Positions 7,425 to 15,121 of a stretch of DNA of 15,121 nucleotides are shown piece by piece (position 1 is the stretch's first letter; each line of letters opens with the position of its first letter). The translations under genes were made by a program, and so were the position numbers. The notes beneath the pieces are model-generated. The model did not search any database. It was not told the origin of the DNA and saw only the letters and a program-made list of their open reading frames with translations. The stretch is from Candidatus Hodarchaeota archaeon (GTDB lineage: Archaea; Asgardarchaeota; Heimdallarchaeia; Hodarchaeales; Hodarchaeaceae). The stretch covers positions 1-15,121 of the forward strand of contig JAHQWW010000089.1 in NCBI GenBank assembly GCA_029856365.1, in the 5' to 3' direction.

Positions 7425-8441
7425 TTAGAATAACTTAGATTCAACTGGATAATGACAGGCCACGAAGTGGTCAGGGGAAATTTCTTCGAATGGAGGTTCC
7501 ACTTCAGAGCATTTTTGTTTTGCGTAGATACATCTTGTTCTGAATCTGCATCCTGATGGGATATTCAATGGACTTGCGACATCCCCAGGGAGGATTATTT
7601 GTTTTCTTTCTAGAGTAGGATCTGGAATGGGAATGGCTGAGATTAAGGCTTCTGTATAAGGATGTCGAGGATTTCTGACGAAATCTTCGCCAGGTGCAAG
7701 CTCTACAATCTTCCCAAGGTACATCACGGCAATTCGATCACTGATGTGCCTAACAACACTTAAGTCGTGAGCAATGAAGATATATGTGAGGTTGAAGCGC
7801 TTTCTGATATCTTTCAATAGGTTGAGAATCTGAGCCTGAACCGCAACGTCTAAAGCAGACACAGGTTCATCAGCAACAATTAACTGGGGTTCAACTGCTA
7901 ACGCGCGGGCAATACCTATCCGTTGACGTTGCCCACCACTGAATTCGTGAGGATACCGCAAAGCGTGGTAATCCTCTAGCCCACAAAGATTAAGGAGTTT
8001 TACTACCCGTTCTCGTCGTTCTTGCTTTGACATACCTCTTGAGTGAATTATGAACACCTCTCCAATGATTTCACTAACAGATAAACGGGGATTCAAAGAA
8101 AGGTAGGGATCTTGGAAAATTAGTTGCGCTTGCTTGCGAAACCAGAGTGCTTCTTTTCGGTCCTTCATATCAAAAATCCTTTGACCGTCAAAAATAGCAT
8201 CTCCACTAGTTGGAGGGAGTAGGTTGAGGACGACACGACCAAAAGTCGTTTTCCCACAACCAGATTCACCAACTAAGCCAAAAACTTCCCCCTTCCTTAT
8301 CTTAATAGTGATATCATCAACAGCTCGTATATATCCAACTAGGGTTTTCCTAACGACACCTTTAACATAAACTGGAAACGATTTCTTCAGATTTTTTGTC
8401 TCTAAAATGATATCACTGGAGGTTTGATTACTTATTGTCAT
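7425..8441 (-). CDS. oppF: Oligopeptide/dipeptide ABC transporter ATP-binding protein
   Basis: Walker A GESGCGKT, signature FSGGQRQR, Walker B LIVADEP, C-terminal HPYT and Cys-rich GCRFRTRC..C..ACH domain. ATG at 8441, just after the oppD stop, is preferred over 8489. Confidence 0.93.
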   Translation of the reverse strand: MTISNQTSSDIILETKNLKKSFPVYVKGVVRKTLVGYIRAVDDITIKIRKGEVFGLVGESGCGKTTFGRVVLNLLPPTSGDAIFDGQRIFDMKDRKEALWFRKQAQLIFQDPYLSLNPRLSVSEIIGEVFIIHSRGMSKQERRERVVKLLNLCGLEDYHALRYPHEFSGGQRQRIGIARALAVEPQLIVADEPVSALDVAVQAQILNLLKDIRKRFNLTYIFIAHDLSVVRHISDRIAVMYLGKIVELAPGEDFVRNPRHPYTEALISAIPIPDPTLERKQIILPGDVASPLNIPSGCRFRTRCIYAKQKCSEVEPPFEEISPDHFVACHYPVESKLF

Positions 8442-8449
8442 TCTTGAAT

Positions 8450-9490
8450 TCAATCCTTTGATGCATTGATCTCCTCGTGGTGGTGGCATGCTACCTCATG
8501 ATCAGAAGTCCAAATTTTCAAGGGAGGAACTACCTCTGCGCATTTACTTGTGGCGTATGAACACCTTGGGTGAAATCGACAGCCCGTTGGTGGATCAATT
8601 AGGTCAGGTACGCTACCAGGTAATGTTTGTAGTTTATCTATGCTTAAATCGAGTCGTGGAATAGCGGCCATCAAAGCTTGAGTATAGGGGTGGCGTGGAT
8701 CTTTGTAAATTGTTTTAACTGCAGCTGTTTCAACTATATGACCCCCATACATCACACCAACCCGTTGGCAATTTTCCGCAATAATACCAAGGTTATGGGT
8801 TATTAATAGAACAGACATGCCAAACTTTTTCTGCAAACCACGAATTATTTCAAGGATTTGTGCTTGAATCGTAACGTCAAGTGCAGTTGTCGGTTCATCT
8901 GCAATAAGTAAAGTGGGATTGCAGGATAAAGCTCTACTAATCATTACACGTTGTCGCATACCACCACTAAACTGATGAGGATAATCATCAACTCGTTCTT
9001 GCGCTAGAGGAATTCCAACTTCTTCCATCAATTTGATAGCCCTTTCTTTCGCAACATCTTTTTTAACATCTTCATGCAGACTGATTACCTCTGCTATCTG
9101 TTCTCCAACGGTAAATACGGGATTTAGAGACGAGAGAGGATCCTGAAAAATCATGGAAATTTCTGCTCCCCGAATCTTTCGAATATCTTTGTCTTTAAGC
9201 TTTAAAACATCTTTCCCCTTAAAAAAGACCTGTCCTCCTTCTATCATTCCTGGGAATCTAACTAGATTTAAACAGGACAATGCTGTCACGGTTTTTCCAC
9301 AACCAGATTCCCCTACTAAGCCAAAAAACTCTCCCTTTTTTATGTGGAAAGAAACGCCTTCAACTGCCTTGACAATACCAAATTCTGTGTAAAAATAGGT
9401 TGTTAGATCCCTGACATCAACAAGAATGTCATCGTCTTCACTGGAAATTTTTATATCGTCTTCACTAATACTTTTCTCTACTGTCGTCAA
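8450..9490 (-). CDS. oppD: Oligopeptide/dipeptide ABC transporter ATP-binding protein
   Basis: [51 protein letters not shown] start. Confidence 0.93.
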   Translation of the reverse strand: MTTVEKSISEDDIKISSEDDDILVDVRDLTTYFYTEFGIVKAVEGVSFHIKKGEFFGLVGESGCGKTVTALSCLNLVRFPGMIEGGQVFFKGKDVLKLKDKDIRKIRGAEISMIFQDPLSSLNPVFTVGEQIAEVISLHEDVKKDVAKERAIKLMEEVGIPLAQERVDDYPHQFSGGMRQRVMISRALSCNPTLLIADEPTTALDVTIQAQILEIIRGLQKKFGMSVLLITHNLGIIAENCQRVGVMYGGHIVETAAVKTIYKDPRHPYTQALMAAIPRLDLSIDKLQTLPGSVPDLIDPPTGCRFHPRCSYATSKCAEVVPPLKIWTSDHEVACHHHEEINASKD

Positions 9491-9535
9491 TACTGATCAC
9501 ACCAATCTAAAAATGACTTTGGTTGTTTTTATGAA

Positions 9536-10993
9536 TTATCGCAACCGAGGATCAAATGCGTCCCGTAGACCATCGCCTAATAAATTAAAGGACATAACAG
9601 CTATGATAATAAGGATTGCGGGGAAAAATACTGACCACCAAGCAACCGTAGCATAATCAAATCCATTGCTAAGCTCACGACCCCAGCTAGATAGATCTTC
9701 AGTGGTGAAACCAAGAAATGCAAGACCTGCTTCCACTAGGATGTTGGCAGATAAACCCAAAGTAACAACAACTATCAAAGGTGCTAAAACATTAGGAAAG
9801 ATGTGAACTATCATGATCCTCCTGTTGGATGCCCCGATACAACGTGCTGCTTCTACATAGTCCGATTCACGAATTTGGAAGATAGTTGCACGAACAAGGC
9901 GCGTGATACCCATCCACCCAAATATACCAAGGCCAATCATTACAGCAATGAGAATGACCTGAGTACTAAGCCCCATCTCGATTAATAGATTGTCTACCCA
10001 TCGAGTATTTTGAATTACTACAATAACAAGGATCATTACAAAGTAAAAAGGCAAAGTCAAAAATACATCTGTTATTCTCATGACAATTTCATCAACTTTT
10101 CCTCGGTAATATCCTGCTACTAGACCTAATGGAAGACCGATGAATAAAGATATAAAAATTGCACCAAAACTAACTAAGAGGGAAACACGAGCACCATGCA
10201 CTAACCTGGAAAATAAGTCTTCAGACTTATAATTGGTGCCCATATAGTGTACATTTTTGAAATATTCCCCTGCTTTGAGATTGAAGTTATCGACTATAAC
10301 ATCTGAGCCAGTATTAACTCTTAAGGACATCTTTATGCTTTCTTGTTTCTCCTTTCGAACTGACAATCCATAATCATCTTGTAAAGCAAGTACCACAGAA
10401 TTCCAGCGATTTTCACTGAGAGTAAGATCTATTTGATCTTCTTTGCCATCTTCATTGGTGAAAATGACAGATAGAGTGGCAGGTTCCCCAACAACATAGG
10501 CTTCAAATGATAATTCTATAAAAAAAAGGTCTTTATACGCAGTGATGTCTTGAGTCAGTTCTCCTCCTTGACTAGAACCCCGAGCAGCGTGCGACCCATG
10601 TTCTATTCCACTAGGAATTCCAGAGGTATTTAGATTTATTATTTGCCAATCATTTGACCATTCACTTAGGGGAAACTCAAAACTTGGATTAAACACATAG
10701 TTCGTATAATCAAAAAGTTGTGCACCTTCTTTCACACCAGGGGGTTGATATGAAGGAACATAACCTGGATAGTGGATCAAGAAATATGTAGCTGGGTCAT
10801 AAGGCGCGAGAACATCAGCCAAAAGAGCCATTAGGATTACACCAGTTGAGAGAATTAATCCAAGCAGCCCTGCCTTATTCTTCCTGAACCGTCGAAAAGC
10901 AATAGCAAGCTGACTACCTGAAAGTTCTTCTGCTTTTTTATATTTTTTTCTTAGCATTTTCTTTTTTCTTCTTTGTGTTCTCGATTCAAACAT
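9536..10993 (-). CDS. oppC: Peptide ABC transporter permease with an inserted ~145-aa extracytoplasmic domain
   Basis: OppC N-terminal motif RRFRKNKAGLLG..LAPYDP, HYMGT...DLFSRLVHGARVSL, EAA loop YVEAARCIGAS, C-terminal FNLLGDGLRDAFDPR. Confidence 0.92.
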   Translation of the reverse strand: MFESRTQRRKKKMLRKKYKKAEELSGSQLAIAFRRFRKNKAGLLGLILSTGVILMALLADVLAPYDPATYFLIHYPGYVPSYQPPGVKEGAQLFDYTNYVFNPSFEFPLSEWSNDWQIINLNTSGIPSGIEHGSHAARGSSQGGELTQDITAYKDLFFIELSFEAYVVGEPATLSVIFTNEDGKEDQIDLTLSENRWNSVVLALQDDYGLSVRKEKQESIKMSLRVNTGSDVIVDNFNLKAGEYFKNVHYMGTNYKSEDLFSRLVHGARVSLLVSFGAIFISLFIGLPLGLVAGYYRGKVDEIVMRITDVFLTLPFYFVMILVIVVIQNTRWVDNLLIEMGLSTQVILIAVMIGLGIFGWMGITRLVRATIFQIRESDYVEAARCIGASNRRIMIVHIFPNVLAPLIVVVTLGLSANILVEAGLAFLGFTTEDLSSWGRELSNGFDYATVAWWSVFFPAILIIIAVMSFNLLGDGLRDAFDPRLR

Positions 10994-11022
10994 TTTAATG
11001 ACCCCAATTCTATAATAAGCTG

Positions 11023-13110
11023 TTAAAGAGAAACTCTTGGATCAATGATCGAATATAAGATATCTGTAAAGAGGTTTGCTAGCAAAATCAGAAGCGCTGT
11101 TATCATGATTATACCCATGACGACTGGGTAGTCATATTGGAGGAATCGCCCTACTGCATACCTTCCAAGGCCAGGCCATGCTAAAGTTGTTTCCGTTATG
11201 GGAGCTCCTCCTAGCAGACCACCAATGCTTAAGCCTATATATGTTATTATAGGAATCATAACATTTTGAATAGCATGTTTCCAAATTACTGTTCTCTGTG
11301 AAAAACCATATGCTAGGGAAGATAAAATGTAGTCTTGTCTTATTACTTCTAGTAATCCAGACCTTACTAATCGAACGTAAAGAACGAGCGAAATTGTGGT
11401 GATAGATACTACTGGAATGATTAAATGGAAGAAGAGATCCCAAGTTTCCCACGTAAAAAGTTGTTGAATAAATGTGTCAAAGTATGCTTTAGCGTACAGT
11501 GAGGTGACCCCTTGAGCGGTACTTTTGTCTAGTTCCATACCCCCAGATGGAAGAATTGGCATATAGTACGAAAATAGTATGATTAAGACAATAATAAATA
11601 GAAATATAGGAACAGATAGTCCCACTGCAACAAAAATAGAGATAGCATTGTCGGCTAGAGAATATTGTTTTACAGCAGCGTAAACACCAATGGGGATAGC
11701 AATTAGGAGAGTTAAAAGCAGAGGGAAGATACTGATCATCAATGTGGGCCCAATCCTATCAATAATTGAAGAACTCACACTTGCACCACCAAAAAGGGAA
11801 TTACCCATGTCTCCCATAATAAAATGGAAGAACCAATTAAACCATTGTGTCTGTGGAGGAGCATCGAGACCATAAACCCGATTTAACAGCTCTCTGTATT
11901 CTGCTCTGCCTCTTGGAAAGGTGTAAGCTGTCATCATTAGTTCTATGGGATTACCTGTGGTGACCATCAAAGCATAACTGATTATTGAAACACCGATGAA
12001 TATTGGAAGTATAATGAAAAGCCTGCGTAATGTGTACCTAATAACTCTATCATCGATAAATGGTCTAATGCCTCTGGGTAAGTAAACCAAAATAAGGAGG
12101 ATAAAGGATAGGACTAAAAGCTGGATTGCTCCAATCTGGATTCCTGGGTATATTGTGATTCCTCTGAATAATTCAGCTTGAAAATTAAATAGTGATTGTA
12201 AGGTTCTATCAAGACCTATTATATATTGAGCCCCAAGCAATATAAAGAGTAATATCACTAAAAATATCATGAAGAGGAGAAACCGCTGAGAAGCTTTTTG
12301 CACTTTCTTGTAAGTCTTTCCGAAAGATTCCACTAAACTCGTGGTAACAATTGGGGAGGAAGGTTTGTTCAAAGATATTCTCAGGAAGTAACAACCACAA
12401 ATGAAGATAACTAGGGGGTACAGATAAATTTCTTGATTCAGATAATAACCAAAAAGAACATCATTGAATAAAGAGCCAAAAGGAAGATTTTGGATAGTTG
12501 TGGGAAAACCACCATAATTAGGTTGAGTTAAGCTGATGATAAAAAGTGATAGTAGAAGTGAAACGACTCCTAAAATAAGTAGATTAGATGATTGGTCAAC
12601 AGATATTGTCCATTTGAAAATCTTTAAGTCTGACTTTCTGTATACTAATAAACCACCAGAAAGTAGTAATATAGCAGTGATAAAGCCCACTACTATGGAG
12701 GGTATAATAGTCTTACTAAAGACCCAGTAAATTGTGAAGATTATAATTTCGTAGTAATAAAGAACGAATAAGAGCACATCAAGACCACAAAACGAGAAAG
12801 AAGTAAAGAAAACAAGGATACTTCCAAAGAGTAAGATTTCTCTTGAATGAACCGTTATGTTAGACCCAATTTGCAACTCCCAATCCGTTAAAAAACCGAT
12901 TATTAGGACCGTTAATGAAATAAATAGCATCACAATAAGGACAAAAGGCGACGCTATTCTTATATTTAGTAATTGAATTCCAGTTCTCTGTGCTATCCTG
13001 CCTGGACTGAAAAACCCCCATATTCCTGAAACAACAGTAATAATGATTGATAACCAGAAAATTCTTAAATTGCTAGATTTACTTGTAATTTCATTAGTCA
13101 TCAGTTCCAC
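11023..13110 (-). CDS. oppB: Peptide ABC transporter permease fused to a ~355-aa multi-pass N-terminal extension
   Basis: OppB core starts at about residue 356 (IRYTLRRLF; YGLDAP..QWF.W...GDMG.S; EVIRQDYILSSLAYG; ITETTLAWPGLG; DILYSIIDPRV). Start is GTG 13110 or ATG 13101. Confidence 0.9.
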   Translation of the reverse strand: MELMTNEITSKSSNLRIFWLSIIITVVSGIWGFFSPGRIAQRTGIQLLNIRIASPFVLIVMLFISLTVLIIGFLTDWELQIGSNITVHSREILLFGSILVFFTSFSFCGLDVLLFVLYYYEIIIFTIYWVFSKTIIPSIVVGFITAILLLSGGLLVYRKSDLKIFKWTISVDQSSNLLILGVVSLLLSLFIISLTQPNYGGFPTTIQNLPFGSLFNDVLFGYYLNQEIYLYPLVIFICGCYFLRISLNKPSSPIVTTSLVESFGKTYKKVQKASQRFLLFMIFLVILLFILLGAQYIIGLDRTLQSLFNFQAELFRGITIYPGIQIGAIQLLVLSFILLILVYLPRGIRPFIDDRVIRYTLRRLFIILPIFIGVSIISYALMVTTGNPIELMMTAYTFPRGRAEYRELLNRVYGLDAPPQTQWFNWFFHFIMGDMGNSLFGGASVSSSIIDRIGPTLMISIFPLLLTLLIAIPIGVYAAVKQYSLADNAISIFVAVGLSVPIFLFIIVLIILFSYYMPILPSGGMELDKSTAQGVTSLYAKAYFDTFIQQLFTWETWDLFFHLIIPVVSITTISLVLYVRLVRSGLLEVIRQDYILSSLAYGFSQRTVIWKHAIQNVMIPIITYIGLSIGGLLGGAPITETTLAWPGLGRYAVGRFLQYDYPVVMGIIMITALLILLANLFTDILYSIIDPRVSL

Positions 13111-13205
13111 CTATCATAATCGGATTGCATTTTCCAGAAGGAATTACCCAGAAAAGAGCTTACTCGGCAATTCATTTAAAGGATTTTGTTGTATGAAATA
13201 ACGAC

Positions 13206-13230
13206 GATGTGTTGATGATGTGTTGATGAT
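13206..13230. repeat. 11-bp tandem direct repeat GATGTGTTGAT x2 (+GAT) in the divergent oppB/oppA intergenic region
   Basis: Exact copies at 13206-13216 and 13217-13227, followed by GAT. Confidence 0.75.
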
Positions 13231-13293
13231 TATTGAGTTAATGTCAAATTATCAGACACAATATTTTTAAGAAATCAGAAGGTGATACAACTG

Positions 13294-13313
13294 TTCAAGA
13301 CAGTAGTCTTGAA
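13294..13313. promoter_or_regulatory. Perfect 8-4-8 inverted repeat TTCAAGAC-agta-GTCTTGAA upstream of the binding-protein gene; candidate operator or 5'-UTR hairpin
   Basis: Arms 13294-13301 and 13306-13313 are exact reverse complements; it ends about 30 nt before ATG 13343. Confidence 0.55.
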
Positions 13314-13342
13314 ACACACAAGAAACATACGAGATATTAAAA

Positions 13343-15121
13343 ATGCGAAAACTAAAAATGGCTATAATACTAGGCCTATTGTTCGGCGGTATATTCGCCC
13401 TATCAACTACAATTCCAGCTTCTGGTGCAAGAATGACGCCAGTAGAGTTTTTTACGGAATTAAATGACGAGGATAGGCTAGCTATTAGGAGAGCAATGGA
13501 TTATGCTATCCCTCGACAACAAATCATAGACAGCGTTCTGCTAGGGCAAGGCGCGTTGCTTGCGACTCCCATTGAGGCGAACGTCGGCGGGTACGACCCA
13601 ACCGTTACTGCTCGAGAGTTCAGCATAGAAAAAGGGCTAGACGAAATGGAATCAGCTTTTGGTTACAGATACAATGACTCTGCAGATGATCTTGAAGAAA
13701 GAAGAGGGTACTTCAGCATGGTAATCCAGGCTCCAACCTCGCGTGACGATAGGATGCAATGGGCTGCGTTAGTCACAAAAACATTCCAAGAAATCGGTAT
13801 CGACGTGACACTCAAGTACGCGAACTGGAATGTTGCTGTAGCTGTGTTTACTCCACCTATTGAGAAACAAGGTTTTGACTATGAGCACGGTGGATACGAT
13901 GCCTTCTTCATTGGCTGGACTGGATCTCCTCAGGCTGATGTCTCACAATGGTTTGGGGAAGCCAATTATGCCCCTGCAGGATATAACATCGGATATATCA
14001 ATGACCCTGATTCTAATGATATGATCACGCGTTCTTTGAACGAGAAAACGTTAGAAAAACGAGTGGAAGCCATACAAGAATTTCAAGCATGGTTCAAAGA
14101 AAATCTGCCCTATTTCATTGTGTTACAACTCATGGATTTGTGGGCCTTGGATCCAGACTTACATGGAGTATCATTTAGTTACGACTATCCTAACATGTAC
14201 AACTGGACCCACGAGACAGCTACCGCAGTTACGGTACAAACTCCAGGTGACTTGAAGAACACGAATCCGTTTAGGGTGAGCTCCTACTACGACTGGCTTG
14301 CAGGGATAGGTACTGGTGGTTGTTTTGAAAGCCTCTTTATTAATTGTGACCCCGAAAATCCCTTGACATACTATCCACAGGTCGCAAAAGACTGGACAGT
14401 GAGTGATGATGGATTGGTGTGGACATTCGATATCCAAGATGGCATTAAATTCAGTGATGGCTCAGATTGCACTGTTGACGACGTTGTTTTTTCATTTAAG
14501 GCGTTTCTCAACCCAGATACAGTTTCCGTTGGTGGTACGGATTTGGGTGCATGGTTAAATGCATCTAACGTTGTAAAAATCGATGAGGATACCGTTGAAT
14601 TCACATTCAATGATTTCAACTGCTATGCAGATGGCTATTTAGCTGGGGTAAACATCCTATCAAAGGCAGAAATGGAACAAATTCCTTATGATCAATGGCC
14701 AACTCATGCAACTACCACTACAGCTCCTCCCTTAGGCACTGGACCTTATAAGTGGGACCTAGAAGCCTCAGATGTTACTGAAAGCTCAGTTAAATTGGTT
14801 CTAAATGAATATTACGATGGCTCATTGCGTGGGCACGAATATTTGAACAACCCAGACATGATCCCTGAAATCAATTGTAAACTCATTGCAACAGCCGCAT
14901 CAGCTGTCTCAGCTCTAAGCAACGGAGAGATCAACATTATCGACTCAAATGTAGCTATTCAACCTTTCATCAACGAAATAAATGCCTCCAGCTGGGGTAG
15001 ACTTGAAAAGGTACTCGGATGGGGTCATCAAGGATTCTATATCAACAATTGGGACCCCCGATGGGGTATGCACGCAAAGGATCCCCGTGAGCTATACCCA
15101 GGAGATTACGAGGCAGCTCCG
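13343..15121 (+). CDS. oppA: Family-5 (OppA/DppA-like) solute-binding protein, apparently circularly permuted; 3' end outside the window
   Basis: Translated by hand: 593 codons, open to the window edge. Signal peptide MRKLKMAIILGLLFGGIFALSTTIPASG, then IRRAMDYAIPRQQII, FQEIGIDV, YDAFFIGW, and later YPQVAKDWTVSDDGLVWTFDIQDGIKFSDGSDCTVDDVVFSF, GTGPYK, ALSNGEINII. Confidence 0.92.
   Translation, partial: MRKLKMAIILGLLFGGIFALSTTIPASGARMTPVEFFTELNDEDRLAIRRAMDYAIPRQQIIDSVLLGQGALLATPIEANVGGYDPTVTAREFSIEKGLDEMESAFGYRYNDSADDLEERRGYFSMVIQAPTSRDDRMQWAALVTKTFQEIGIDVTLKYANWNVAVAVFTPPIEKQGFDYEHGGYDAFFIGWTGSPQADVSQWFGEANYAPAGYNIGYINDPDSNDMITRSLNEKTLEKRVEAIQEFQAWFKENLPYFIVLQLMDLWALDPDLHGVSFSYDYPNMYNWTHETATAVTVQTPGDLKNTNPFRVSSYYDWLAGIGTGGCFESLFINCDPENPLTYYPQVAKDWTVSDDGLVWTFDIQDGIKFSDGSDCTVDDVVFSFKAFLNPDTVSVGGTDLGAWLNASNVVKIDEDTVEFTFNDFNCYADGYLAGVNILSKAEMEQIPYDQWPTHATTTTAPPLGTGPYKWDLEASDVTESSVKLVLNEYYDGSLRGHEYLNNPDMIPEINCKLIATAASAVSALSNGEINIIDSNVAIQPFINEINASSWGRLEKVLGWGHQGFYINNWDPRWGMHAKDPRELYPGDYEAAP

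Noticed and set aside
13282-13467. 61-aa ORF, or a second BHB intron at the palindrome upstream of oppA
   Set aside because: The ORF overlaps the oppA signal peptide out of frame. The flanks of the hairpin (ACAA/ACAC) cannot form the 4-bp central helix, and oppA is complete from ATG 13343.
1-15121. tRNA, rRNA, CRISPR array, transposase or integrase
   Set aside because: None recognised; intergenic gaps are short and show no cloverleaf or repeat-spacer pattern.

Overview
Archaeal genomic window, most likely from an Asgard archaeon. This is inferred from a Rab/Ras-like small GTPase, an AsnRS with eukaryote-cytosolic-type motifs and GGTGA/GAGTGA ribosome-binding sites. Gene order: 5' part of a small GTPase (minus strand, runs off the left edge, missing from the ORF track); archaeosortase/exosortase; asnS; stand-alone Lrp/AsnC ligand-binding domain; hypothetical protein; double FtsX-type ABC permease; small membrane protein; oppF-oppD-oppC-oppB (minus strand); and a divergent family-5 solute-binding protein (runs off the right edge, also missing from the ORF track). 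Main finding: the GTPase reading frame is broken by a 29-nt insert (184..156, minus strand) that folds into a canonical bulge-helix-bulge (BHB) splicing motif. Cutting at the standard archaeal splicing-endonuclease positions restores the frame and gives FKITVIGDGAVGKTS, so this is a candidate tRNA-type intron in the mRNA of a eukaryote-like small GTPase. The peptide ABC transporter is also atypical: the binding protein appears circularly permuted, OppC carries an inserted CBM-like domain, and OppB has a ~355-aa multi-pass N-terminal extension.
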